A stretch of DNA of 64,000 nt, from positions 1 through 64,000 of IMG/VR virus record IMGVR_UViG_3300028654_000384; one strand, 5' to 3'. The translations under genes were made by a program, and so were the position numbers. The first letter of the stretch is position 1. Every line of letters begins with the position of its first letter. Below are positions 56,856 to 64,000 of this stretch, one piece after another. Below the pieces are notes generated by a model, which saw nothing but the letters and a program-made list of their open reading frames with translations, did not search any database and had not been told where the DNA came from.

Positions 56856-57139
56856 ACTTCAAGATCGTCATGGGGGAGACCGCTCTCGGCATTGAGCACA
56901 AGTTCGTTGGGCCCGGCCTTTCACAGTACGCGAACGGGGTTCACTTTCTTCAGGTCCCAAACGCCTGGGCGCTCAAGTGCATGGAGGGAGACGAGGTACT
57001 CTCGTGCGAAGAGAAGATTGATCACAGCTTTGGTAAGCGCCAAGCTGAGACAGTCATACAGTTACTCGAACAGGCGTTTGAAGCCGGGAAGACCGAAGCC
57101 AAACGGGAACTGCGCGCCATGTTGGGCATTCACCAGTGA
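56852..57139 (+). CDS. Hypothetical protein
   Basis: Coupled at both ends. Confidence 0.6.
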   Translation: MNFKIVMGETALGIEHKFVGPGLSQYANGVHFLQVPNAWALKCMEGDEVLSCEEKIDHSFGKRQAETVIQLLEQAFEAGKTEAKRELRAMLGIHQ

Positions 57140-58026
57140 GGGTTGAGACCTTCACCGACGGCTACGCCATCTGCGCTGACTGCACCACAGTCGAGACCGT
57201 CAACGCAGTCCGTGAACTGACGGGTGCGATCCCATTAATCATTGCGGATCCGCCTTACGGGCACATCCTATCAGACGCTTGGGACAACCCGATCGAACTC
57301 TCCAACGCCAGCGAGTTCGCGCAGTGGATGTTGGAGTGGACATACAAGTGGTCACAATTGTTGCTGCCCAACGCAGCTTTTTACGTCTGGGGGGGAACGG
57401 GGAAACCTGACTTCAGGCCCTTCTTTCGCTACATCATCAAGGTTGAGGATCAGTTTACTGGCACGGGTGATCCACGTAGTGCAGTCGGCCTGAAACTCGC
57501 CAATCTGATCACCTGGTCGAAAAAGCGGGCCTACGGCGTCAAGCACAACTACTTGTTCACACGTGAAGAGCTGGCTTACTTCATCAAGGGTGATGACATC
57601 AAGAAACCTCGTTGTTTTAACATCCCATTGCTCGAGACATTGCGTGGGTACAAAGGCTATAACAAAAAATACCCGGCAAAATCTGATTTTTACCGTCGCA
57701 CCAACGTGTGGACTGACATCACCGAAGTCATGCGCGGCAAGGTGCACTCGGCGCAGAAGGCCCAACGTGTCATCGAGATCCCGATCGAGGTGCACACGCA
57801 GCCCGGTGAGTACGTCATTGACCCATTCGCGGGTTCGGGCACCACGGCCCTGGCCGCCCGCAAGTTGGGCCGCAAGTTCGTCGTCATCGAGAACGATGAA
57901 AAGACGTTCGATGAGATGGTCGCTAGACTACACGAAAGTGCCATTGTAAACGGGCACGGCCCAAGTGTAGAGTCTGACCATGGACACCAAGCAGCCACTG
58001 ATCGGTCAGACACCGACGTCGACTGA
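57136..58026 (+). CDS. DNA N4/N6 methyltransferase (beta class)
   Basis: IIADPPYG, H.AQK and VIDPFAGSGTT motifs. Confidence 0.88.
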   Translation: MRVETFTDGYAICADCTTVETVNAVRELTGAIPLIIADPPYGHILSDAWDNPIELSNASEFAQWMLEWTYKWSQLLLPNAAFYVWGGTGKPDFRPFFRYIIKVEDQFTGTGDPRSAVGLKLANLITWSKKRAYGVKHNYLFTREELAYFIKGDDIKKPRCFNIPLLETLRGYKGYNKKYPAKSDFYRRTNVWTDITEVMRGKVHSAQKAQRVIEIPIEVHTQPGEYVIDPFAGSGTTALAARKLGRKFVVIENDEKTFDEMVARLHESAIVNGHGPSVESDHGHQAATDRSDTDVD

Positions 58027-58306
58027 ACCCGTACGCGAGGATCCCGCCACGTTGCAGCGGCAGATTGCGTACTACACTCACGTACAGCGCTGTGCGTCAA
58101 TTCGCCGTGAACGTGCCGAGGAGCTGATGCAGCGTCCCGTCGCCAAGTCTTGGGACGCGGCCAAGAAGGCCAAGATGGTGCGCAAGTTGATGGCGTCGAA
58201 GCAGGAGTTCGATCAGTCGGTCAGCGCGCTCGACCAGCTCAACTTCAGGTTGCAGCAGGTCACCAACGGGCAGGGCACTTCGGGACCTGTCACCAACACG
58301 CCATGA
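57980..58306 (+). CDS. Hypothetical coiled-coil protein
   Basis: Fills the gap between the two methyltransferase genes; ATGA overlap downstream. Confidence 0.55.
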   Translation: MDTKQPLIGQTPTSTEPVREDPATLQRQIAYYTHVQRCASIRRERAEELMQRPVAKSWDAAKKAKMVRKLMASKQEFDQSVSALDQLNFRLQQVTNGQGTSGPVTNTP

Positions 58307-59079
58307 ATACCATTCACCAAGCCACTGCGTTGTCGGTGCTGAAGGCGACGCCTGACAACAGCGTCGATCTTGTGTACTCCGATCCGCCTTTTGGCACCGG
58401 CGTTGTGCAGTCGTCTCACGGTATGGCATACAACGACGTCACACTGGAGTACGGCGCCTTCTTGAGCCAGCACCTCGTTGAATTTCACCGCGTCCTGAAA
58501 CCCACGGGTACCCTGTACCTGCACCTCGACTGGCGACACGTGCACATCGCTCGTCTCGACTGCGATCAGATCTTCGGTACAGACAACTTTCTCAACGAGA
58601 TTATCTGGAGCTACAATTTTGGGGGCCGTGGCAAGACGACATGGGCACGTAAGCATGATAACATTCTCGTCTATGCCAAGCACGCTGGTCAGCACGTCTT
58701 CAACTACGATGACATTGACCGCGTGCCCTACAAAGCTCCCGACATGCAGCGAGTGGGCAGGACACCTGAAGACGCTGAGGCTCGCATCGCACGTGGGCAG
58801 GTGCCGACCGACGTTTGGGAGATGAGCATCATCGGGACGAACGCCAAGGAACGCACGGGGTATCCCACACAAAAGCCCCTAAAGCTCGTCGAACGCATCA
58901 TCACCGCCAGCTCGCCACCCGGGGGTCTGGTCATGGACGTCTTCGCGGGTTCTGGCACCACAGGCGAAGCCGCACACAAGCACGGCCGTTCGTTCGTCCT
59001 TGCCGACACCAACCCACAGGCGATTGAAGTGATGCAGCGACGATTGAAGGACGTGCCCACTGATTGGAGATTACCGTGA
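58303..59079 (+). CDS. DNA N4/N6 methyltransferase (beta class)
   Basis: SVDLVYSDPPF, YPTQKP..L.ERII and MDVFAGSGTT motifs; start at ATG 58303. Confidence 0.9.
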   Translation: MNTIHQATALSVLKATPDNSVDLVYSDPPFGTGVVQSSHGMAYNDVTLEYGAFLSQHLVEFHRVLKPTGTLYLHLDWRHVHIARLDCDQIFGTDNFLNEIIWSYNFGGRGKTTWARKHDNILVYAKHAGQHVFNYDDIDRVPYKAPDMQRVGRTPEDAEARIARGQVPTDVWEMSIIGTNAKERTGYPTQKPLKLVERIITASSPPGGLVMDVFAGSGTTGEAAHKHGRSFVLADTNPQAIEVMQRRLKDVPTDWRLP

Positions 59080-60020
59080 CCGACGTCGTGAACTTCAATG
59101 AAGTCAAGCTGAACAAGCCCCTGTTGACGATGCTGCACGAAGGCCAGCTCTTCAACCGTGGCACGTTGGAACTGCTTGGGCTCGTCTTCGAGCACGGTGG
59201 CTACATCGCTGGCGGTTTTGCGGCGTTGGTCGCCCGCCACGTGGTCATGTGCACACCAGCGGCAGACTTTTACCGTGATGTCGTCAATCACACGGGAGGC
59301 CCGATCAAGGTCGCTGGGTGGTCGCATGCGTTTCGTCGCCACGGTGACATCGACGTCTTCTTCTCGTCACAGCAACAACTCGACGGCTTTCTCAACGATC
59401 CACGTCGGTCGATCGTCGACTTGAACGTCACGCCGACGGTGACGGGCGCTGGGTTGGATCACATCGTCGATGGAGATGTCAAGGTGCAGGTCATCACCCG
59501 GTGGGCGAGGCCGATGAAGGAGCACATGACCAGCTTTGACATCTACAACTCCATGGCGGGCGTGACGAATGAAGTGTTGGTGATGGCGGAGCAGTGGGAA
59601 GCGCTCGAGCGAGCCATGATGCTGCACGTGACGACGTGGGCCGGGCCGTGGACAGTCGGCCGTGTCTTCAAGTATGTCAACACTAAGGGCTACAGTACAC
59701 TGACACCGTTGACTGCGGCTTACCTACACAGTGAGGTGTGCAAGACGCTGGAGCAGGTCAAGTCGGTGCGCTTTGAGATCGAACACGCTCGCATGGTGAC
59801 TCGCAAGGCTCCTCCCGCTCACCTCCACCTCGAATTGCAGCGTAACACACTGTTGAGGTACATGGTCGGGTGTAGAGAGGGTAGGAAGCAGTGGGTGTTG
59901 AAGCCCCTGCTGGCCAGTTTCACTGCAGAGCAATTGCTGACGTTGTCGGCGCTGTGTGGGACGGAACCCGCGTACGACTACGCCATGAAGGAAATTCACA
60001 GGCGCATGCCCGTCGGGTGA
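59076..60020 (+). CDS. Nucleotidyltransferase-like protein (CCA / poly(A) polymerase head-like)
   Basis: YIAGGF, GDIDVFF, VQVI and SFD motifs; GGAG before GTG 59076. Confidence 0.5.
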   Translation: MTDVVNFNEVKLNKPLLTMLHEGQLFNRGTLELLGLVFEHGGYIAGGFAALVARHVVMCTPAADFYRDVVNHTGGPIKVAGWSHAFRRHGDIDVFFSSQQQLDGFLNDPRRSIVDLNVTPTVTGAGLDHIVDGDVKVQVITRWARPMKEHMTSFDIYNSMAGVTNEVLVMAEQWEALERAMMLHVTTWAGPWTVGRVFKYVNTKGYSTLTPLTAAYLHSEVCKTLEQVKSVRFEIEHARMVTRKAPPAHLHLELQRNTLLRYMVGCREGRKQWVLKPLLASFTAEQLLTLSALCGTEPAYDYAMKEIHRRMPVG

Positions 60021-60051
60021 GGTGTGATGCATAAGATGCATCAGCACTGCC

Positions 60052-60057
60052 TAGTTA
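60052..60057 (+). promoter_or_regulatory. Late-type promoter motif TAGTTA
   Basis: 8 nt before ATG 60066. Confidence 0.55.
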
Positions 60058-60065
60058 TCGCTGAC

Positions 60066-61016
60066 ATGTACCTCGCGCCCAAGCGGCTTCGACCCGGAGC
60101 CCGCGTTGCCATCATCGCCCCTGCTTCACCCTTTCGCCCTGAAGAGCTGGTGGTGGGCCTCGACGTCGTCCGCGAGTGTGGCCTTGAGCCCGTGCTGGGC
60201 CCCAACGTCAGGTCACTGCGGACGGTTGACATCCACGCCGCACCGCTGGTCGACCGCGCTGAAGAACTGATGTGGGCCTTCACCGACCCGACGATCAGCG
60301 GTGTCATCTGTGCGTTGGGTGGCTACGGCAGCGCCGAGACGTTGCCCTACCTCGACTTTGACAAGATCAGGGCCTCAAGGCGCCCGCTGCTAGGCCTGAG
60401 CGACATCTCGGCCCTCAACAATGGCCTGTTGACGGGCGCGGGCCTCATCAGCATCAATGGCCAGTACCCGGCGATCAGGCTCGACAAGGGTGAGCGCATC
60501 AAGAAGCTCGACTGTGAGTCGCTGAAGTTTGGCTTGGAATTGATGATGAGCGACCAGCCGTGGGACGTACGTCCCTTTGCAGTCAACCAGTTCCTGCCCC
60601 GGACGGTGTCGCCCGGGCGGGCCAGCGGCCACGTCATCGGCATGAACTTGGAGACGTTCTGTTGCTTGCTGGGCACCCCCTTCTTTCCCGACGCCCAGGA
60701 TGCTATTCTGTTCATTGAGGACGTGCGCAAGGACGGCGAAAAAGTGGCCCGCATGTTTAGCCAACTGCGCCTCGCTGGCGTCCTTGACAAGGTGGCTGGC
60801 ATCGTCGTCGGTGAGTTTGCCGAGGTGCCGACGAAGTTGGAACCCGACGTGCCGTCGATCGAGGACGTCATCCTGCAGTACCTGTCGAACGGGCCCCCGT
60901 GTATGTATGGGGCATCCTTCTCTCACGGCGATTGGACAATTCCCGTCCCGGTGGGAGCACAGTGTACGATGGATGCAGATACGGGTGAAGTGTCCTTTGA
61001 CTTCTCGATGGCCTGA
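60066..61016 (+). CDS. LD-carboxypeptidase (peptidase S66)
   Basis: L.PG..VAIIAPAS, GGYGS, GLSDISAL (Ser), LFIEDV (Glu) and FSHG (His). Confidence 0.9.
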   Translation: MYLAPKRLRPGARVAIIAPASPFRPEELVVGLDVVRECGLEPVLGPNVRSLRTVDIHAAPLVDRAEELMWAFTDPTISGVICALGGYGSAETLPYLDFDKIRASRRPLLGLSDISALNNGLLTGAGLISINGQYPAIRLDKGERIKKLDCESLKFGLELMMSDQPWDVRPFAVNQFLPRTVSPGRASGHVIGMNLETFCCLLGTPFFPDAQDAILFIEDVRKDGEKVARMFSQLRLAGVLDKVAGIVVGEFAEVPTKLEPDVPSIEDVILQYLSNGPPCMYGASFSHGDWTIPVPVGAQCTMDADTGEVSFDFSMA

Positions 61017-61041
61017 ACACCCCCGCGTTCCGCATTAGGAT
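61013..61041 (+). promoter_or_regulatory. Leaderless promoter CTGAAC-17-TAGGAT
   Basis: The -35 contains the upstream TGA stop; GTG 61048 follows 6 nt after the -10. Confidence 0.6.
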
Positions 61042-61047
61042 TGGACT

Positions 61048-61110
61048 GTGATCTTGTCAGTCGAATTTTTGAGTGTGGTGCCGTGGGCTGTGCAAGCGTG
61101 TGCGGTGTAA
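61048..61110 (+). CDS. Putative 20-aa hydrophobic peptide
   Basis: MILSVEFLSVVPWAVQACAV*, at the leaderless start position. Confidence 0.3.
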   Translation: MILSVEFLSVVPWAVQACAV

Positions 61111-61142
61111 GTATAGGATGAACTCTGACGAAGGATGATCCC

Positions 61143-61700
61143 GTGAAGCGCGCCCTGCTCCTCAATGCCGATTACACACCCCTCCATTTCATCAGCGATT
61201 GGCGTGCCATTCGCCTGGTGATGCTCTCTCGCGCCGAGATCGTCATTGACTTTCAGACGGGTCTGCCGTCGGTGTGGGATGACGAGGCCTTCACTTCGCC
61301 CGGATTGATGCCCACTGATCCACTGCGATCGGTCGCCATCCCGGCGACGTTGCGGATGTACCGCAAGATCCACAAGAAGTGGAAGCCACCGCGTTTTCGC
61401 AGCCAAGTGTTGTTCAACCGTGATGATTGGACGTGCCAGTATTGCGGCACCAAGTTGTCGTGGAAGACGGTCGAGATCGAGCACGTGGTGCCGTTGTCAC
61501 GTGGTGGGCCGACGACGTGGCTCAACTGCGTGTCTGCGTGCAGGGACTGCAACAAGCGCAAGGGCAACAGGACGCCCGACGAAGTGGGCATGAAGCTGTT
61601 GAAGAAGCCCGCCAGTCCGACGGCACTGCACTTCTGGGACGCCGCCAAGACCGATTGTTACCACCCGTCGTGGGATACATTCCTCCCGAAGGAACGCTGA
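61143..61700 (+). CDS. HNH endonuclease
   Basis: ALLLNADY.P, RD.WTCQYCG, IEHVVPLSRGG..TW.N.V..C..CN..KG. Confidence 0.9.
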   Translation: MKRALLLNADYTPLHFISDWRAIRLVMLSRAEIVIDFQTGLPSVWDDEAFTSPGLMPTDPLRSVAIPATLRMYRKIHKKWKPPRFRSQVLFNRDDWTCQYCGTKLSWKTVEIEHVVPLSRGGPTTWLNCVSACRDCNKRKGNRTPDEVGMKLLKKPASPTALHFWDAAKTDCYHPSWDTFLPKER

Positions 61701-61713
61701 CCGACGCGTCGCT

Positions 61714-61733
61714 GATACTTATCGCTCAGGAGC
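61714..61733 (+). repeat. 20-nt exact repeat containing late motif and SD (copy 2)
   Basis: Identical to 45864-45883. Confidence 0.85.
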
Positions 61734-61741
61734 CTGTGCGC

Positions 61742-62923
61742 ATGCGATTGAACCTGACTGAGTTGCAGCGAGTCGTGGAGCGAACAATTGACGAAGAGAG
61801 GGCCGTTGATGCCCTGAAGGGTGAAATCCGCCGCGTCTTGGGCCCGGTCGTCATCACTGAGGGTCGGCTAGAACACGTCGTGGCCGAGGCCAATGATCGC
61901 CTCGACGTCCTGCACCGCACGGGCCGCGACGGGCAACTTGACTTTCTCTCCAACATCACCACGACCTTCATCGACCACAAGCACCCCGAGGTTCGACGCT
62001 TTGCGGCGCGCATCATCCCGGAACGTTTCTTGCCCAAGATGGTGACCGACAAGGACGCCGCCGTCCGCGCCGCCGTCGCCATGCGGGTGCCCATGCCCGC
62101 GGTTCGCGAGATGATGAAGCGCTTCAAGCACGACGACCAACTACGTGCCATCTATCGCCAACGCAAGCAGGCGCTGCACGAGGCGGGCATCAGCCCACCC
62201 AAGGCAGAACCCCTGGGCCATGACCCTGTCGACGGTGCAGAGCGAATGGGCGACGTGGCCCGGACGGCCGAAGGCCCCGAATTGAGCGATGCATGGTACG
62301 ACGAACAGGCCCGCCTCTTCATTCACGACTACGCTCGAGCCGAGGCCAATGATCAGCATGCCCGGTTGCTCGATCGGGGGTGGGCATCGCTCGTCGTCCG
62401 CCGCTTCTGTGCCAGCACCAAGGCGACGGCGCACGTTGAGATCGATGCAGAGAAGTTGCTGAAGCACGTCAACGACCTGATGGAAGAGAAGGACGATCGG
62501 ACGCTGGAACGCGACGCGATGAAGGAGACCCTGGCGTGGTTGGGTGCGCAGGACATCAATGAGTCGGCACTGCCTGAATTCCACGAGATCATCGATCCCG
62601 TCCGTGCACTGCTGGAGGCCAACCTGTCGCAGGAACAGTACGTCGCCGAGGCGCTGAAGCTGTTCAACGTCAAGCGGTCGGAGCTGCCCAAGGGCATCCG
62701 CAAGTACTGCCTGGGTGAGGCCAACCTGCGGGTGACGTTGGTGCCGTGCCTGGGTAGCCTGCCGCACCAGCACGGTTTCCGCGCCGTCGACGAGCGTGCC
62801 CTCGACAAGTTCTGTGAGTCGTGGAACGACGGCCAAGCGCTGGTCGGCGAGCCCTTCGTCCTCAACTGGGGACCTCACCAGGGCGATGCATCGAAGGTCA
62901 ACTTTACCGTCACCCTGAAGTAA
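61742..62923 (+). CDS. Leader-bearing protein with HEAT/LRV-like repeats
   Basis: MRLNLTELQRVVERTIDE; HPEVRRFAA and DAAVRAAVA; start reassigned to ATG 61742. Confidence 0.7.
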   Translation: MRLNLTELQRVVERTIDEERAVDALKGEIRRVLGPVVITEGRLEHVVAEANDRLDVLHRTGRDGQLDFLSNITTTFIDHKHPEVRRFAARIIPERFLPKMVTDKDAAVRAAVAMRVPMPAVREMMKRFKHDDQLRAIYRQRKQALHEAGISPPKAEPLGHDPVDGAERMGDVARTAEGPELSDAWYDEQARLFIHDYARAEANDQHARLLDRGWASLVVRRFCASTKATAHVEIDAEKLLKHVNDLMEEKDDRTLERDAMKETLAWLGAQDINESALPEFHEIIDPVRALLEANLSQEQYVAEALKLFNVKRSELPKGIRKYCLGEANLRVTLVPCLGSLPHQHGFRAVDERALDKFCESWNDGQALVGEPFVLNWGPHQGDASKVNFTVTLK

Positions 62924-62932
62924 GATCTTGAG

Positions 62933-63415
62933 ATGCAGACGACGCTCGGCAAGCTGAAGTACGTGATCAGCGAGGTGCTTGAGGCCAACCAGGTGCTCAA
63001 TCGCCTGCGTGCCGTTGCTGCTGGCAAGAAGCCCTACATGGTGGGCCAGTGGGCGACGGTGCCCCGAGATTATTCACAGCCCAGCGTGGGCGTCGCTAGT
63101 TGTTGGGTTGCCGAAGACCCCGAGTTGGGCAAGGTGTACCTGACGTTTAGCTCACACATCACCTACAAGAAGGTCAAGAACAGTCGCCTGCGCGATCCCG
63201 GCGGCACCCGCTATGCCTACACCGCGATCCTGTCGTCGCACCCGTGGGAGACGTTTGAGAACCACGGCAATGTGCCTGTCTTCAAGCTGGCGGCGACGGG
63301 TGAAGGCCGCGAGGACGACAAAGCACTGCAGGCGCGCAAGCAGATGGTGAAGCTGTTCGGCGTCGACCCGATGGCCCACAGGGGCCCACTTGAACCGACG
63401 GAGACACGAAGATGA
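62933..63415 (+). CDS. Leader-bearing hypothetical protein (MQTTLGKLKYVISE)
   Basis: Downstream in the same unit. Confidence 0.7.
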   Translation: MQTTLGKLKYVISEVLEANQVLNRLRAVAAGKKPYMVGQWATVPRDYSQPSVGVASCWVAEDPELGKVYLTFSSHITYKKVKNSRLRDPGGTRYAYTAILSSHPWETFENHGNVPVFKLAATGEGREDDKALQARKQMVKLFGVDPMAHRGPLEPTETRR

Positions 63416-63747
63416 AGACGACAATCAGCAAGCTGAAGCAGTTGATCAACGAGCACCTGTTGGTCGAGGTACCCGTTGGATCCGGCATGCGCAAGCCGCA
63501 GTTCGGCCTGTCGTCGGGAGGCGGTGGTCTCAGGCCCGCCAAGTTCGATCCTGCAGTGCACGATCTCAAGGACGTCATGTGGGCCGTCATGGACGAGTTT
63601 GCGGGCGTTGCCTCTGACCTCGGTGTCGACGACATCAAGGATCCCGCCTTCATCGGTTACATCGGCGATCAGTTGACTGATAAGGGTGTGCCCAACGACA
63701 TCATCCTGCAGGTCAAGGCCAAGCTGCAACGCGGGCAGTCGCGTTAG
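63412..63747 (+). CDS. Leader-bearing hypothetical protein (MKTTISKLKQLINE)
   Basis: ATGA overlap. Confidence 0.7.
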   Translation: MKTTISKLKQLINEHLLVEVPVGSGMRKPQFGLSSGGGGLRPAKFDPAVHDLKDVMWAVMDEFAGVASDLGVDDIKDPAFIGYIGDQLTDKGVPNDIILQVKAKLQRGQSR

Positions 63748-63749
63748 GG

Positions 63750-63778
63750 TTGAACATCACGTGCAGTGTGTGTAAGAT
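63750..63778 (+). promoter_or_regulatory. Sigma70-like promoter TTGAAC-17-TAAGAT
   Basis: Exact spacing; followed by GGGAGGG and ATG 63802. Confidence 0.7.
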
Positions 63779-63801
63779 CATGAACGTGGGGAGGGCAGCA
63801 C

Positions 63802-64000
63802 ATGATCAATGAATTGTCACAGGCGAGGTTGTCGCCCGAGAGTGATGCGTACAAGCGCGTCTATGACCTGCTCGAGGAACACACAGTCTCGTGGGTGACT
63901 GACGCGTGGAAGAAGAACCCCACGCTCGATGCCATTCAACAGCAACCGCTGTACAAAGTGACGCTTGAACAGGTGTTGAATGCGCCCAACGGGCGTAGTC
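63802..64000 (+). CDS. Hypothetical protein, 5' part only
   Basis: MINELSQARLSPESDAYKRV... is open to the window end. Confidence 0.55.
   Translation, partial: MINELSQARLSPESDAYKRVYDLLEEHTVSWVTDAWKKNPTLDAIQQQPLYKVTLEQVLNAPNGRS

Noticed and set aside
61143-61700. HNH gene as a ninth homing endonuclease
   Set aside because: Its GC-rich codon usage matches the backbone and it lacks extra DNA-binding modules; it looks like a resident HNH protein.
61427-61741. N-terminal extension of the 62923 ORF overlapping the HNH gene
   Set aside because: The late motif, SD and leader sequence all point to ATG 61742. Similar over-long starts were corrected at 16847, 28740, 37025, 38115, 40673, 55376, 58150 and 60024.
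190-63729. Long antisense or alternate-frame ORFs in the track (e.g. 11679-13007, 44153-45532, 27728-28531)
   Set aside because: They shadow well-supported GC-rich genes, lack motifs and start signals, and are expected from codon bias.
1-64000. CRISPR array, tRNA or rRNA genes
   Set aside because: I saw no regularly spaced repeats, cloverleaf with T-loop consensus or rRNA-like sequence; intergenic gaps are short. A tRNAscan or Infernal run would be decisive.
1-64000. Stop-codon reassignment, as in some large phages
   Set aside because: Conserved genes are full length under the standard code, and TAA, TAG and TGA all end genes with the next gene close behind.

Overview
This is a 64 kb segment of a GC-rich, T4-like myovirus (large or jumbo phage), almost entirely coded on the + strand with the standard bacterial code. 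Positions 1-31.8 kb hold the virion module: neck and tail-terminator proteins, two ~1,020-aa tail sheath paralogs, tail tube, tail chaperone with a likely +1 frameshift, tape measure and baseplate genes. Positions 31.8-52.3 kb hold replication and nucleotide genes: a minimal PolA, gp32-like SSB, RecA, 5' exonuclease, DnaB, NrdJ, ThyX, Tmk and a dUTPase-like protein. Positions 52.3-64 kb are accessory genes: Hsp20, two nucleotidyltransferase-like proteins, a fatty-acid hydroxylase, a phosphoesterase, DNA methyltransferases, an LD-carboxypeptidase and an HNH protein. Eight free-standing homing-endonuclease-like genes are interspersed. Two promoter classes can be read directly from the sequence: a sigma70-like (C/T/G)TGAAC-N17-TAnnnT class, mostly leaderless, and a late-type TA(C/G/T)TTA motif. 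The strongest candidate system is a set of 12 otherwise unrelated proteins that share an N-terminal amphipathic leader ending in Glu. All 12 lie in units headed by the late motif, which suggests a capsid-targeting and prohead-protease processing pathway for packaged or injected cargo, including a GNAT acetyltransferase. All functional calls rest on motif recognition by eye; no searches were run.
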